DNA of 62,423 bases from Nemertoderma westbladi (taxonomy: Eukaryota; Animalia; Xenacoelomorpha). The stretch spans positions 1 to 62,423 of the forward strand of contig JAUCBJ010000041.1 of NCBI GenBank assembly GCA_032718475.1, written 5' to 3'. This document shows, in pieces, positions 51,121 through 61,675 of the stretch. Under the pieces are notes generated by a model that had not been told where the DNA came from, did no database searches, and saw only the letters and a list, made by a program, of their open reading frames with translations. The stretch's first letter is position 1. The number at the start of each line of letters is the position of its first letter. Both the position numbers and the translations under genes were made by a program.

Positions 51121-52814
51121 TCATCTTGCACACCGATGTGTGGATATACAAACACAGGAAGAGTGCATGGTGTTCGTTCATTTTGCACACCGATGTGGGG
51201 GTATACAAACACAGGAAGAGTGCATGGTGTTCATCTTGCACACCGATGTGTGGGTATACAAACACAGGAAGAGTGCGTGGTGTTCATCTTGCACACCGAT
51301 GTGTGGATATACAAACACAGGAAGAGTGCGTGGTGTTCATCTTGCACACCGATGTGGGTGTATACAAACACAGGAAGAGTGCGTGGTGTTCATTTTGCAC
51401 ACCGATGTGTGGGTATACAAACACAGGAAGAGTGCATGGTGTTCGTTCATCTTGCACACCGATGTGGGTGTATACAAACACAGGAAGAGTGCATGGTGTT
51501 CATCTTGCACACCGATGTGGGGGATATACAAACACAGGAAGAGTGCGTGGTGTTCATCTTGCACACCGATGTGGGTGTATACAAACACAGGAAGAGTGCA
51601 TGGTGTTCATCTTGCACACCGATGTGGGGGTATACAAACACAGGAAGAGTGCGTGGTGTTCATCTTGCACACCGATGTGTGGATATACAAACACAGGAAG
51701 AGTGCATGGTGTTCATCTTGCACACCGATGTGGGTGTATACAAACACAGGAAGAGTGCATGGTGTTCGTTCAATGCACACCGATGTGTGGGTGTATACAA
51801 ATACAGGAAGAGTGCATGGTGTTCATCTTGCACACCGATGTGGGGGTATACAAACACAGGAAGAGTGCATGGTGTTCGTTCATCTTGCACACCGATGTGG
51901 GGGTATACAAATACAGGAAGAGTGCATGGTGTTCATCTTGCACACCGATGTGGGGGTATACAAACACAGGAAGAGTGCATGGTGTTCATCTTGCACACCG
52001 ATGTGGGGGTATACAAACACAGGAAGAGTGCATGGTGTTCATCTTGCACACCGATGTGGGGGTATACAAACACAGGAAGAGTGCATGGTGTTCATCTTGC
52101 ACACCGATGTGTGGATATACAAACACAGGAAGAGTGCATGGTGTTCGTTCATCTTGCACACCGATGTGGGTGTATACAAACACAGGAAGAGTGCATGGTG
52201 TTCATCTTGCACACCGATGTGTGGATATACAAATACAGGAAGAGTGCATGGTGTTCGTTCAATGCACACCGATGTGTGGGTGTATACAAATACAGGAAGA
52301 GTGCATGGTGTTCATCTTGCACACCGATGTGGGGGTATACAAACACAGGAAGAGTGCATGGTGTTCGTTCATCTTGCACACCGATGTGGGGGTATACAAA
52401 TACAGGAAGAGTGCATGGTGTTCATCTTGCACACCGATGTGTGGGTATACAAACACAGGAAGAGTGCATGGTGTTCATCTTGCACACCGATGTGTGGGTA
52501 TACAAACACAGGAAGAGTGCATGGTGTTCATCTTGCACACCGATGTGGGGTGTATACAAACACAGGAAGAGTGCATGGTGTTCGTTCAATGCACACCGAT
52601 GTGTGGGTGTATACAAATACAGGAAGAGTGCATGGTGTTCATCTTGCACACCGATGTGGGGGTATACAAACACAGGAAGAGTGCATGGTGTTCGTTCAAT
52701 GCACACCGATGTGTGGGTGTATACAAATACAGGAAGAGTGCATGGTGTTCATCTTGCACACCGATGTGGGGGTATACAAACACAGGAAGAGTGCATGGTG
52801 TTCATCTTGCACAC
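51121..52814. repeat. 53-bp (with ~57-58-bp variants) minisatellite, about 31 units
   Basis: TCATCTTGCACACCGATGTG(T/G)G..TATACAAA(C/T)ACAGGAAGAGTGC(A/G)TGGTGT repeated. Confidence 0.97.
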
Positions 52815-53859
52815 TTTAGAGGACATAATCCGTAATTCCGTGACGTAAAAGCTCGATACTCTTGAAAACAGCGTCGCTACCATGACGACGGCTAGCAGCT
52901 GATATTGCCACGTCGACGTTTCTTTGTTTCTTTGTTCTCTCGTTGTTCAGGTTGACCAATCAGAGCGTTTGTTGTCTCTGTGTTGGAGGTATATACAGAA
53001 ACTCAGTAGTTCAGTGTTATGTTTTTGCCCAGAGCCTAAGAACCGGCTTTTGGCACCTCCGTGTTTCAGTTTTTAGTCTTACACTAGTAGGTTTAATTAT
53101 AAGGACATATATCCTTTAACTGCTAACTGATCATACATACTGACTGCTGAAACATTGCAAACTCATAACAATCAGTGTTTTCATTGTTGTTTTATACTGC
53201 TATTTACTGTCAGTTCTTCATAATATGGTTGATGAATTATTATATTTGGAATAACGATAAATAACCCCGAAACCCAATATTCTTGATATACCGAAGGTAA
53301 GAGAGAAAGGTTACCAATAACGATTGTGACTTATGTTAAAGTGGTTTGAAGTGAATCTAATGTTATTTGATAGACCCTACATGAGTCAGTCTGTGTTCCT
53401 TTTATATGTGACTAAAATCAGTGAAGATTGGCAGATTAGTGTGCAGTATTGTGCAGCATTGTGTATGAGCGAGTCTGTTAAAGAAGCAATTCCTAAAGAA
53501 TGCGCCATATATGTGAATTATAATTGAGCCATATCGTTGTGAGTAGTTTAAGTCATAACTCTGTTTATATAGATAAAGCGCCACGTCCTAAAGGAACTGT
53601 TAATATTCCCGAAGGTGAATAATATTGTCAGAGATTATATAATACTGTCAGTCGAATAATACATTAGGCTTACATAGCAATAAAATTAAACCGTCGAACC
53701 CAATCTCCCGGGAATATCCAGCGGGTGAATGATCGCGCACAGATTGGTTTCGACTAGTGTAGTGAATCAAATACTTGTCATAGACTAAAAACCGATTTAA
53801 TATCTAGAAGACATCTTAATTTGGTGGGTTAAACTGCCAAAGGTCTGAAAGCGCGAACA
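52813..53859 (+). repeat. 3' LTR copy 2 (lacks the first 146 bp, has the intact CA end and TSD)
   Basis: Matches 29312-30358; followed by ACATT. Confidence 0.95.
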
Positions 53860-54444
53860 ACATTTATAAAGCCCGTACACACTATAAATAAAATGAACAG
53901 TAACATTATTGGTAAATATTAAATAAATAACAGTAACACTTTACGTTATGCAAATCGAATGTATAAAATAATTGTACTGTACGTACTGTGTACGTTCATT
54001 ATAAATAAAATCAAGCACCATAGTGTTGTAATTAAAAGGTACGTAGCAGATAACGGACAAATAAAATACAATATAAATATAATAAAATAATAATAAATAA
54101 ATAATAAAATAAATAATAAAATTGGCTGGAATAGATTAAAAACGACCGTGATTACCGTACAGGTAATATATATTGCACGGGTTTGGCCGTTACAGTACTT
54201 AGTCGATGCTGTCCCCCCATTGGCTAATACCCCTGTTGGCACCCTTTGCCCCCCTCTGAAGTGCTTCCCTTCGCCCTTGCTGTTCTCTCTTGGTTAGGGG
54301 TTTGGCCCCTGACCCCTATTGTGTGCTTCCTTCCCACTCTTATTGGGATGGCACGAGTTGGTTAATTGCCCAATCTCGTGGCTCCCAATATTGCTTATCG
54401 GCTAATAACTTTATGGGGTGTTGGCGGGATTGAATAAGCTAACA
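53860..54444 (-). repeat. Putative 3' LTR of the minus-strand element, interrupted by the 24.7-kb insertion (remainder expected left of 29165)
   Basis: Minus strand reads PPT GGGGGGGAG (54453-54445) then TGTTAG; candidate other ends are TGTTAG at 29040 or TGTTAA at 29098. The partner LTR is not in the window. Confidence 0.5.
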
Positions 54445-54997
54445 CTCCCCCCCATGCTATCTTCCCGGTAAGAAGATAGCATCAACCAAAAAGTGCGTTA
54501 CAATCCCGCTGGATCCCGATCTAGCATCGGGTGTGGGGTGGGTCTATTTTTTCGGAGTCGGCTTTCCAGGCCGCTCCCTATGGGTATGATGTCACTACGC
54601 TCTGGCGTCTCGTGTCGGGCCGATCGTGCGCTTCCCTCACACAATTTTTGTTTCCCCAACACTCTCGCCACTCTAACTTCGCTCTCTAACTCAACTCGCT
54701 CTCTCCCCACTCTTACAACTCTCCCCACACCTGAATCGCACTCTAACTTCTCGCCAACAGCTCTTCTCACTATCTCCTCTCTACTCTCTGCCACTCTCTA
54801 AGGCCCTGACCTCTAATGCTACCCCTGTGCTATCATACTATCTACCTTATCTAACTTACTAACTCTAACTATCTAACTCTACTAACTACTAACTCTAACT
54901 AGAACTCTCTTTCTAACTAGAACTCTCTAACTTTCTGCTAAGTCTACTAACTCTTTCCTAACTCTGACTAAAATCCTCCAACTAACTCTATCTCCAT

Positions 54998-55592
54998 CTA
55001 CGTGGCGCTAACGGTGCCCACAACCACTCTACTACTACTTTAACTAAAAACCCTCTAACTACGTGGCGCTTGTGGTGCCCACAACCACTCTACTACTAAC
55101 TCTAACTAAAAACCCTCTAACTTTCTGCTAACTCTATCTACGTGGCGCTAACGGTGCCCACAACCACAACCGGTACTACGTACCCTCTTACTAACTCTTT
55201 TCTCCATCTACGTGGCGCTAACGGTGCCCACAACCACAACCGGTACTATGTACCCTCTTACTAACTCTACCTCCATCTACGTGGCGCTAACGGTGCCCAC
55301 AACCACAACCGGTACTATGTACCCTCTTACTAACTCTACCTCCATCTACGTGGCGCTAACGGTGCCCACAACCACTCTACTAATACTTTAACTAAAACCC
55401 TCTAACTCTAACTATACTTGGTCTACCCCTTTCTACTCTCTACGTGGCGCTTGCGGTGCCCACAACCACTCTCTGCTACTACTTTCTACGTGGCGCTTCC
55501 GGTGCCCACAACCCCTCTCTTACTACTTTCTACGTGGCGCTTACGGTGCCCACAACCCCCCTACTACTACTCGTGGCATGACAATATGCCAC
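54998..55592. repeat. Nine copies of a 28-bp hairpin motif with irregular low-complexity spacers, plus one degenerate copy
   Basis: CTACGTGGCGCTnnnGGTGCCCACAACC at about 54998, 55059, 55138, 55208, 55277, 55346, 55440, 55486 and 55530. Confidence 0.85.
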
Positions 55593-55779
55593 ACTCCCTT
55601 ACCCCGCCGCCTTCTAACTTCTCTACTTACTACCTAACTTCTAACTGCTACTTCTTACTATCCTCTACTAATTATTATTTAATTATTTTAATTATTTGTT
55701 TTTAATTAAATAATTATTTTCTTGTGGGAAGGGCGTCTCGCCCTCATTCCCACCCCCCTCAGTCCAAAATATTGGACGA

Positions 55780-58700
55780 CTAAACTCTAAGGTGCCCCTT
55801 CTTCCAGTTGGCACACTCCCACTGCCCTCCTATATGTCCTCTTACTCTTTGCCACACCCTCTTTGCCAATTCCACCTGACCAGGAATTGGTTCTCCCCCT
55901 TTCACCACCCTAAGGTTGGGTCTCTCCATCGTCTTCTTAACTAGCTCGTCTCCTGGCATCAAAATGCCACCTCCCTCCTTGTTGTCTCCCGCCGGCAGAA
56001 TGAATAGAAAGTGAAAGAACAGGCAGAACAGTAGGTACAATAGTAGTCCTATCCCTTTCCGTCCTGCCTTCCTTCTCGACTTCCCCCTTGTCGGTATGCC
56101 TCCAACCCGGACCTGCGTCTCTTCCGGAAACTCCTCCCGACACTCCTCCGGGCACTCCCCTGGAGTGTTGTCCTCCGGACACCTCGCTCCATCTCCATAC
56201 CGATGCTTGTTGGGAAACCTACTCTCCTCTGCCCACTTTCTTACTGTCACCTCCCTTTCTGGCTCTACTATCTCTCGTTTCTCCTCTACTTCCTCTGCGT
56301 CTTCGGTGCCTGGTATCATGCACCCAGATGTCTCTGTCACACTGCATGGGATGTTGATTTTAACTGGGCCGCTAAGCATCCACCCGAACGGCGTGAGGAT
56401 CGCCGTCGGATCCCGCTGCCTGTCTTCGCCGAAGACCGTCTTCGTTCTCTCGTGGGCCGTCGGGCAGTCCATCCCTACTATAATGGACACCTTCCTAACG
56501 TCCACCTTTGGTATTGAAAAATCGATACCGTCCAGGAATCTATATTGTTCGACCTCAATGTTGGTTGGTCGCCTGGCGTTGATGTTTATCGATTCTATGA
56601 CGTGGATGGGGTCGATCGTCGCCCCATAGTCGTATCCCGGTGCAATCGCTGCTATCCTGCACCGCCCCGCCCTCGTCTCCAGGACCTCATCTTTACTCGA
56701 GACGGTAGTCACCGCCATTCTATTCGGCCTTGTCTTTAGCCCTATCTCTTCGGCCACCCAGTTCTCCACCAGCGTGAAGGCTGCTCCGCTGTCGACCAGC
56801 ATTAATGTCGTTACTGATCGACCGCCCTCTCCTGATATCTTTACTGGTACTACCCCGAGTAGTACTTTTCTCTTCTTCTCCTCTTCTGTCGTGCTTCTAG
56901 CTGCTGTTTGGCCTCCAGTCTCCTCCTCTCTTGCTGCTGTTTCTCTACACTCTGCGGACCTGTGTCCTTCTACCACACATCGATGACATAGTCCGTTCGC
57001 GTCTGTGTAGGCTACACGATCTTGTTTGGGCAACGCTTGCCAGTGCTTACAACTCCTGGTCTTATGTGTTCCGTCCCGGTGTAATTGACATTCGAATCCT
57101 GGATTATAGCGTTCCCTGTATAGTCCTTCACGTATCGCGCATAGGTTTATATGTACCGATTTAGTGTTTTGGTTGTCTGTATTCGGCCTACTGGGTACAT
57201 TGGGATTATGTTTATTTATGGTGTTATTTTCTTTCTGTCCCCGCCACGGTGTGGCCCTGCTACCAGCTAACTGTGGACTAGCAGTCCCCTGTGTGGCCGC
57301 ATGTGGTAGTGATTGTCCTACTCTCGGGAGTGGATCTGCAGGATCGTGTTCGGGTTTATGGCTTGTCCCCAAACTATCCTCGCTATAGACTGGGTCTGTT
57401 ATTAATTCGGCTTCATAGTTGAGGAAGCTCGACATTTCTTCTAGGCCCGGTTCCGCACCTTTCTTCTCTCGAGTGGAGAAGGCGATCTTCCTCCACTTTC
57501 TCCGCAGCCAGATCGGCAGTGCCTGCGCTATCGTGGTGATGTTGTTAGACGCGTTGAGTTCGTATGGTGCGTCTAGCGTCTTTAACACGATTAACGCCTT
57601 CTCGACCTTGTTCGCAAAGGTCCTTATGCTAACGGGATTATCCTGTAGGCCACCCGATGTTATGCCTCTCAGGGTTTGCCGGATGATCTTGGCCGGGTGC
57701 CCGTATTCCCTATCTAATGCCCGCCATGCTGTCGTGAAGCCGCCCTCGATGCCCTGGTATTGCCTCACGATGTCGTATGCTGGGCCTCCTGTATATACTT
57801 GCAGATATTTTAGGCACTCCGCCTGCGTCAAGTTCTTACTTAATATTTCGTTACTATACATGCGCCGAAACTGTAGATATTCTTCCGGCCTACTCCCATC
57901 GAATTTAAATGGTTCCACAGGTGGTAACTCGATCCTAGTTTTTAACGCATCGATCAATGTGGCCATTCCCATCGCTTGCGCTTCTAATGGGTTCGATGGA
58001 TGTTGTATAGACTCCCCTATTGGGTGCGGTCCGTCCGTCCTATCTGTTGTTGATTTAATTTGTTGCGTCGGATATATCATTGGGGGTAACGGCCCCCTCC
58101 ATATTTCCGTGTCGCACGACCTATTCTCGTCCAAGGGGTTCGATGTTCTTGCTCCTATTGGGGTATATTGTTGATATTGTGATGGGGGAATGTCACCCTG
58201 TCCCCCCCCCACCGGTATGTTTGGTACTGGGGTTGATGTTAATATATTGGGGCCCATACATCTATCTGCAATAATTCCCCCCTCCCCTGGATATATGTTG
58301 TGTCCCTGGAAATTATAGTCATGCTGCTGTACCGGTACCGATATAGGCCTATTCACTTCTTGCCTACCTACCGGTATGTACTCCGCGACTTCTGGGTTTA
58401 ATCCCGTCGTCCGCGCTACCCTATCGCCTACTCTATCTCTCCCAGCATGGCCTATAATAGTATGTGCAGTAAGGCCTACAGTATGTCCTGCAGTCTGCAT
58501 GTGCCCTTCCGAATCGAAGTTTATTCTTCGCGAATCTCGAATCTCCCCGCGACTACCGTACTCTCGATCGGCAGCTACATCCCGTCGGGAAGCTTCTCTT
58601 CGATCCCCTATCCTGTTCTCGTCTTCGTATCGGTACGTCCTGTACCCCTCTCTTAGCGTGTGGTGCGTTTCTCCGGGGCGACGGCAATCTCCCGAAGTCC

Positions 58701-59100
58701 GACTCCACTGACTCCCTAATTCCCTCTCTACTATCGACGGCTCGCTATCCGTCCTCGCTCTCCGGTTGCTCCTAGCAACGACTCTTCTATTATCTTCACT
58801 CCTTCTTTCTTCGACCTCTCGGCTAAACTCTACTAATCTTCTCTCTTCTGACTGGGCTCGACGTTCCGTCGCCCGCCCTCTCGCGACGTCAACCTGTCTC
58901 TCTCTGCTCGATCGCACGCCGCTGGGGATACTCGCAATCCCCCTATTACTCTCCGTCGCCGGGTGTTGCGGTTTACCTAGCTCGGCCCGCGCATTATCCG
59001 CCGACGCCTGTGGGACACTCTCTGCCCCCCCTCTCTCGCTACTAATCTCTCGTGGTGGGGTGCCCGTAGCCCCCCCCCCACCCGCCACTTCTAACTTCAC
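55780..59100 (-). CDS. BEL/Pao Gag-protease without RT/RNase H/integrase core (C-terminal part of a frameshifted polyprotein)
   Basis: PFKFDGS, LKYLQVYTGG gag motifs; CQLHRDGTH, CHRCVVEGH knuckles; MLVDSGA, IIVGMD, TPFGWMLSGP protease region; no YxDD. Confidence 0.85.
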   Translation of the reverse strand: MKLEVAGGGGATGTPPREISSERGGAESVPQASADNARAELGKPQHPATESNRGIASIPSGVRSSRERQVDVARGRATERRAQSEERRLVEFSREVEERRSEDNRRVVARSNRRARTDSEPSIVERELGSQWSRTSGDCRRPGETHHTLREGYRTYRYEDENRIGDRREASRRDVAADREYGSRGEIRDSRRINFDSEGHMQTAGHTVGLTAHTIIGHAGRDRVGDRVARTTGLNPEVAEYIPVGRQEVNRPISVPVQQHDYNFQGHNIYPGEGGIIADRCMGPNILTSTPVPNIPVGGGQGDIPPSQYQQYTPIGARTSNPLDENRSCDTEIWRGPLPPMIYPTQQIKSTTDRTDGPHPIGESIQHPSNPLEAQAMGMATLIDALKTRIELPPVEPFKFDGSRPEEYLQFRRMYSNEILSKNLTQAECLKYLQVYTGGPAYDIVRQYQGIEGGFTTAWRALDREYGHPAKIIRQTLRGITSGGLQDNPVSIRTFANKVEKALIVLKTLDAPYELNASNNITTIAQALPIWLRRKWRKIAFSTREKKGAEPGLEEMSSFLNYEAELITDPVYSEDSLGTSHKPEHDPADPLPRVGQSLPHAATQGTASPQLAGSRATPWRGQKENNTINKHNPNVPSRPNTDNQNTKSVHINLCAIREGLYRERYNPGFECQLHRDGTHKTRSCKHWQALPKQDRVAYTDANGLCHRCVVEGHRSAECRETAAREEETGGQTAARSTTEEEKKRKVLLGVVPVKISGEGGRSVTTLMLVDSGAAFTLVENWVAEEIGLKTRPNRMAVTTVSSKDEVLETRAGRCRIAAIAPGYDYGATIDPIHVIESININARRPTNIEVEQYRFLDGIDFSIPKVDVRKVSIIVGMDCPTAHERTKTVFGEDRQRDPTAILTPFGWMLSGPVKINIPCSVTETSGCMIPGTEDAEEVEEKREIVEPEREVTVRKWAEESRFPNKHRYGDGARCPEDNTPGECPEECREEFPEETQVRVGGIPTRGKSRRKAGRKGIGLLLYLLFCLFFHFLFILPAGDNKEGGGILMPGDELVKKTMERPNLRVVKGGEPIPGQVELAKRVWQRVRGHIGGQWECANWKKGHLRV

Positions 59101-60772
59101 TACCTCTTACTACACTTCTACACCCCTCTTGTGGGGCATTCTCTGCCCCCCCTCTCTCGCCGCTAATCTCATGTGGTGGGGCGCCCGTAGCCCCCCCCCA
59201 CCCGCCACATCTAACTTCAATATCTCTTACTTCGTCTCTACACCCCTCTCTAGTCGACGCACTGTCTCTACTACGGCTGGGTCTATTCACCCCCGCCCCC
59301 CTCTCTACTACTGCGAGGCCTACCAGGCCCACCCCGGGTTGGCTCAACCCCGCTACCTCCTGCCTACCAACTACGTGGCCTACCAGGCCGCCGTCGGGTT
59401 GGCGCAACCCCGCCACTTCCTGTCTACTAACTACGTGGCCTACCAGGCCGCCGTCTGCCGGGCTATACACGTCTGGCACGTTCATATTAATAGCACCATT
59501 CCCAATATTATTTGTTAAATCAATTGAATTATTAGAATTTGAGACGGGATTATTATTTAAATTATTTAAATTAGAATTATTATTATTTTCAAAATTTAAA
59601 TTGCTATTCGAATTATTTGAATTATTTTGATTATTCTGAATATTTGAATTAATATTATTATTTGAATTTAAACTTAAATTACTACTACCGGGTAAAATAT
59701 TTCCTGTAATAAAGGGATTAGGGTTATTTACTACGGTACTATTAATACCAATATTTCCTAACGCACTACTACTACCCCCCTCGCCCGTACGGTTACTGTA
59801 TGTACTGTACGTGTACCGCACGCTCTGTTCTCTTGCCTCACGCTCTTCGCGTTCACTCTCTCGCTCCTTACTTCCCCTCAGTCGCCACTCTAATTCTTCA
59901 ATTTTTAATTTATATGCAGCCAGATTTATCTCCTGCACCCTTCTTTCTTTTGCGGAGGATGTAGCAGACTTATCGGTTGCGACGGACTTCCGCCGCCCCT
60001 CCGTCCTACTAACTTTCCCCCGCTTTCCGGGGTTCTCGCTGACCGACGAGACCGAATCCTCGGAGCTAACCTCGGATTCGCCCTCGTGCGGTCCCGCCCA
60101 ACCCACTAACTTAACTTCCCTGGCATCGACTAAGTATGGCCCTATGTACACTACACCAGGCCCCATACCCCTACGTTCCCATAGCCCAAACAGTTCGATG
60201 GCAACCCCTCTCGCTCTCTCGCTGGCTAGTTCTCTCTGCCCAGAACACACTAGGTGATCAAAGTATCTGTTCGACTCACCTAGTCGTCTCCTCAACTTCA
60301 CCTGGTCTATCTCAGCCCCTCCTCTAGCTTCCTTCAGTTGTTCCCGGGTCGCGGCGTAGGCTCGTCGAAGTCGATCAGAAACCCCGACATCCTCGTCGCC
60401 GACCTCTCCTCCATCTCTCCGGGTTCGGCGTCGTACCGGCGGCCCCACCGTCGCCGTTCCGGTGGGCCGTCCGTCGCCCTCGGTCTGTGGCTGACCGGCG
60501 ACATCGGTACGTCGACCCTCGCTCCGCGTCGACTCGTCTTTCTCCTCTCCCGTCTCACTCTCTCCTCTACTCGACTCGCTCTCTCCTCGTAGACGACCCC
60601 CCACATCTTGGTTCGCCGGGTTGCTCGTTATCGACGTAGCGTCAACCTGCGTCGACGTGGTCGGCGTAGCATCGACCGGCGTCGTGGGTTCGTATCGTCT
60701 CGCCGTGGCCTCGCGGATCGTTAGATCGTCGTCCGGGGTCCGCGGCGGTGTCGTTCCTCTCTCTCGGCTCAT
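59042..60772 (-). CDS. N-terminal Gag extension of the same polyprotein (charged, Asn-rich, internal repeats)
   Basis: 576-aa ATG ORF; removing one base from the C10 run at 59070-59079 fuses it to 55780-59100. Confidence 0.7.
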   Translation of the reverse strand: MSRERGTTPPRTPDDDLTIREATARRYEPTTPVDATPTTSTQVDATSITSNPANQDVGGRLRGESESSRGESETGEEKDESTRSEGRRTDVAGQPQTEGDGRPTGTATVGPPVRRRTRRDGGEVGDEDVGVSDRLRRAYAATREQLKEARGGAEIDQVKLRRRLGESNRYFDHLVCSGQRELASERARGVAIELFGLWERRGMGPGVVYIGPYLVDAREVKLVGWAGPHEGESEVSSEDSVSSVSENPGKRGKVSRTEGRRKSVATDKSATSSAKERRVQEINLAAYKLKIEELEWRLRGSKERESEREEREAREQSVRYTYSTYSNRTGEGGSSSALGNIGINSTVVNNPNPFITGNILPGSSNLSLNSNNNINSNIQNNQNNSNNSNSNLNFENNNNSNLNNLNNNPVSNSNNSIDLTNNIGNGAINMNVPDVYSPADGGLVGHVVSRQEVAGLRQPDGGLVGHVVGRQEVAGLSQPGVGLVGLAVVERGAGVNRPSRSRDSASTREGCRDEVRDIEVRCGGWGGATGAPPHEISGERGGAENAPQEGCRSVVRGSEVRSGGWGGGYGHPTTRD

Positions 60773-61425
60773 CTTCGTCTTTGGTAGCCGTCAGTCACAG
60801 CTCGGCAGGCCTAGTGTTAAGAAAAAATTAAGGTTAAAATTACCCGTAAATAGGAGTTGGTATTATTTATTAGGCTACCAATTAAAGTCATACCAAAATC
60901 GATGGAAATTTCACCAAAAAATTCATATTACACCAAATTAAATAATGTGACCCCAAGTAAAATTATTCAACACCAAATAAAATAAAGTCACCCCAAATAA
61001 AATTATTCAACACCAAAATAAATAAAGGAATTAGAGTCGAATTTATTATTGCGGGTATATCAAATTAATCAGGCAAAATATAAAATTAATTATACATGAA
61101 TAAAAGGTGAAGGACGACGAGTTGAAAAAAATAATTATTACAAAAAGTGAAAAAGAACAGGCCTACATTACCAACTACTTGGAATAGTTCAAAAATGAAG
61201 TTCTGGTCAAGTTCTGGTTTCTGGGATATATCTTTTCAATGTGTGCAGTATGTGATTATACATACGCGTACGGACGGGGTAGTACACGTACGTACGAAAA
61301 ATTCATTACCAATCCGCATACACATAAGTAATAAAACACCTAGACGCGTAGGTGAAATAGCACCTAGCTTAAACCTAGCTTAAAAACACATACACTGATA
61401 ATGGAGCACTACGGTACGCATATTA

Positions 61426-61675
61426 CCAATTGGGGTGTCGTTTCAGCCTATTTTAACATATTAACTTAATTTCGCGAATATTTAATTTCGATATTCACCA
61501 TTTAAGGTACCTTTTAAAGGAAAGTAGCAGGTTATAATGGCAGGCTTTTCTAACCAAAACAATAAACTAAATTTAGGAACACAGTTTACAGTAAAATTTG
61601 TACTTCTAGGCACTAATTTTTCAATATTAATTTAACATTAACCCTATGAGAAGGCTGAAACGACACCCCAATTGG
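61426..61675. repeat. Perfect 24-bp inverted repeat pair (small MITE or leader hairpin)
   Basis: CCAATTGGGGTGTCGTTTCAGCCT (61426-61449) and its reverse complement (61652-61675). Confidence 0.75.

Larger units (their letters stand above)
29166..53859 (+). mobile_element. Full-length BEL/Pao LTR retrotransposon with nested insertions
   Basis: TG...CA LTRs, 5-bp TSD ACATT (29161-29165 and 53860-53864), Gag-PR-RT-RH-IN order with BEL-type motifs, PPT at 49938-49945. Confidence 0.96.

Noticed and set aside
51126-52848. Three overlapping ~570-aa Cys/His-rich ORFs
   Set aside because: The 53-bp unit has no plus-strand stop codon, so all frames are open and cycle through the same peptide.
54998-55557. 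CRISPR-like appearance of the spaced palindromic repeats
   Set aside because: Spacers are low-complexity, related to or copies of each other and irregular in length; eukaryotic retrotransposon context with no cas genes.
56088-60941. Plus-strand ORFs opposite the minus-strand gag (e.g. 57419-58174, 58766-59518)
   Set aside because: Antisense shadows of a compositionally skewed coding strand.
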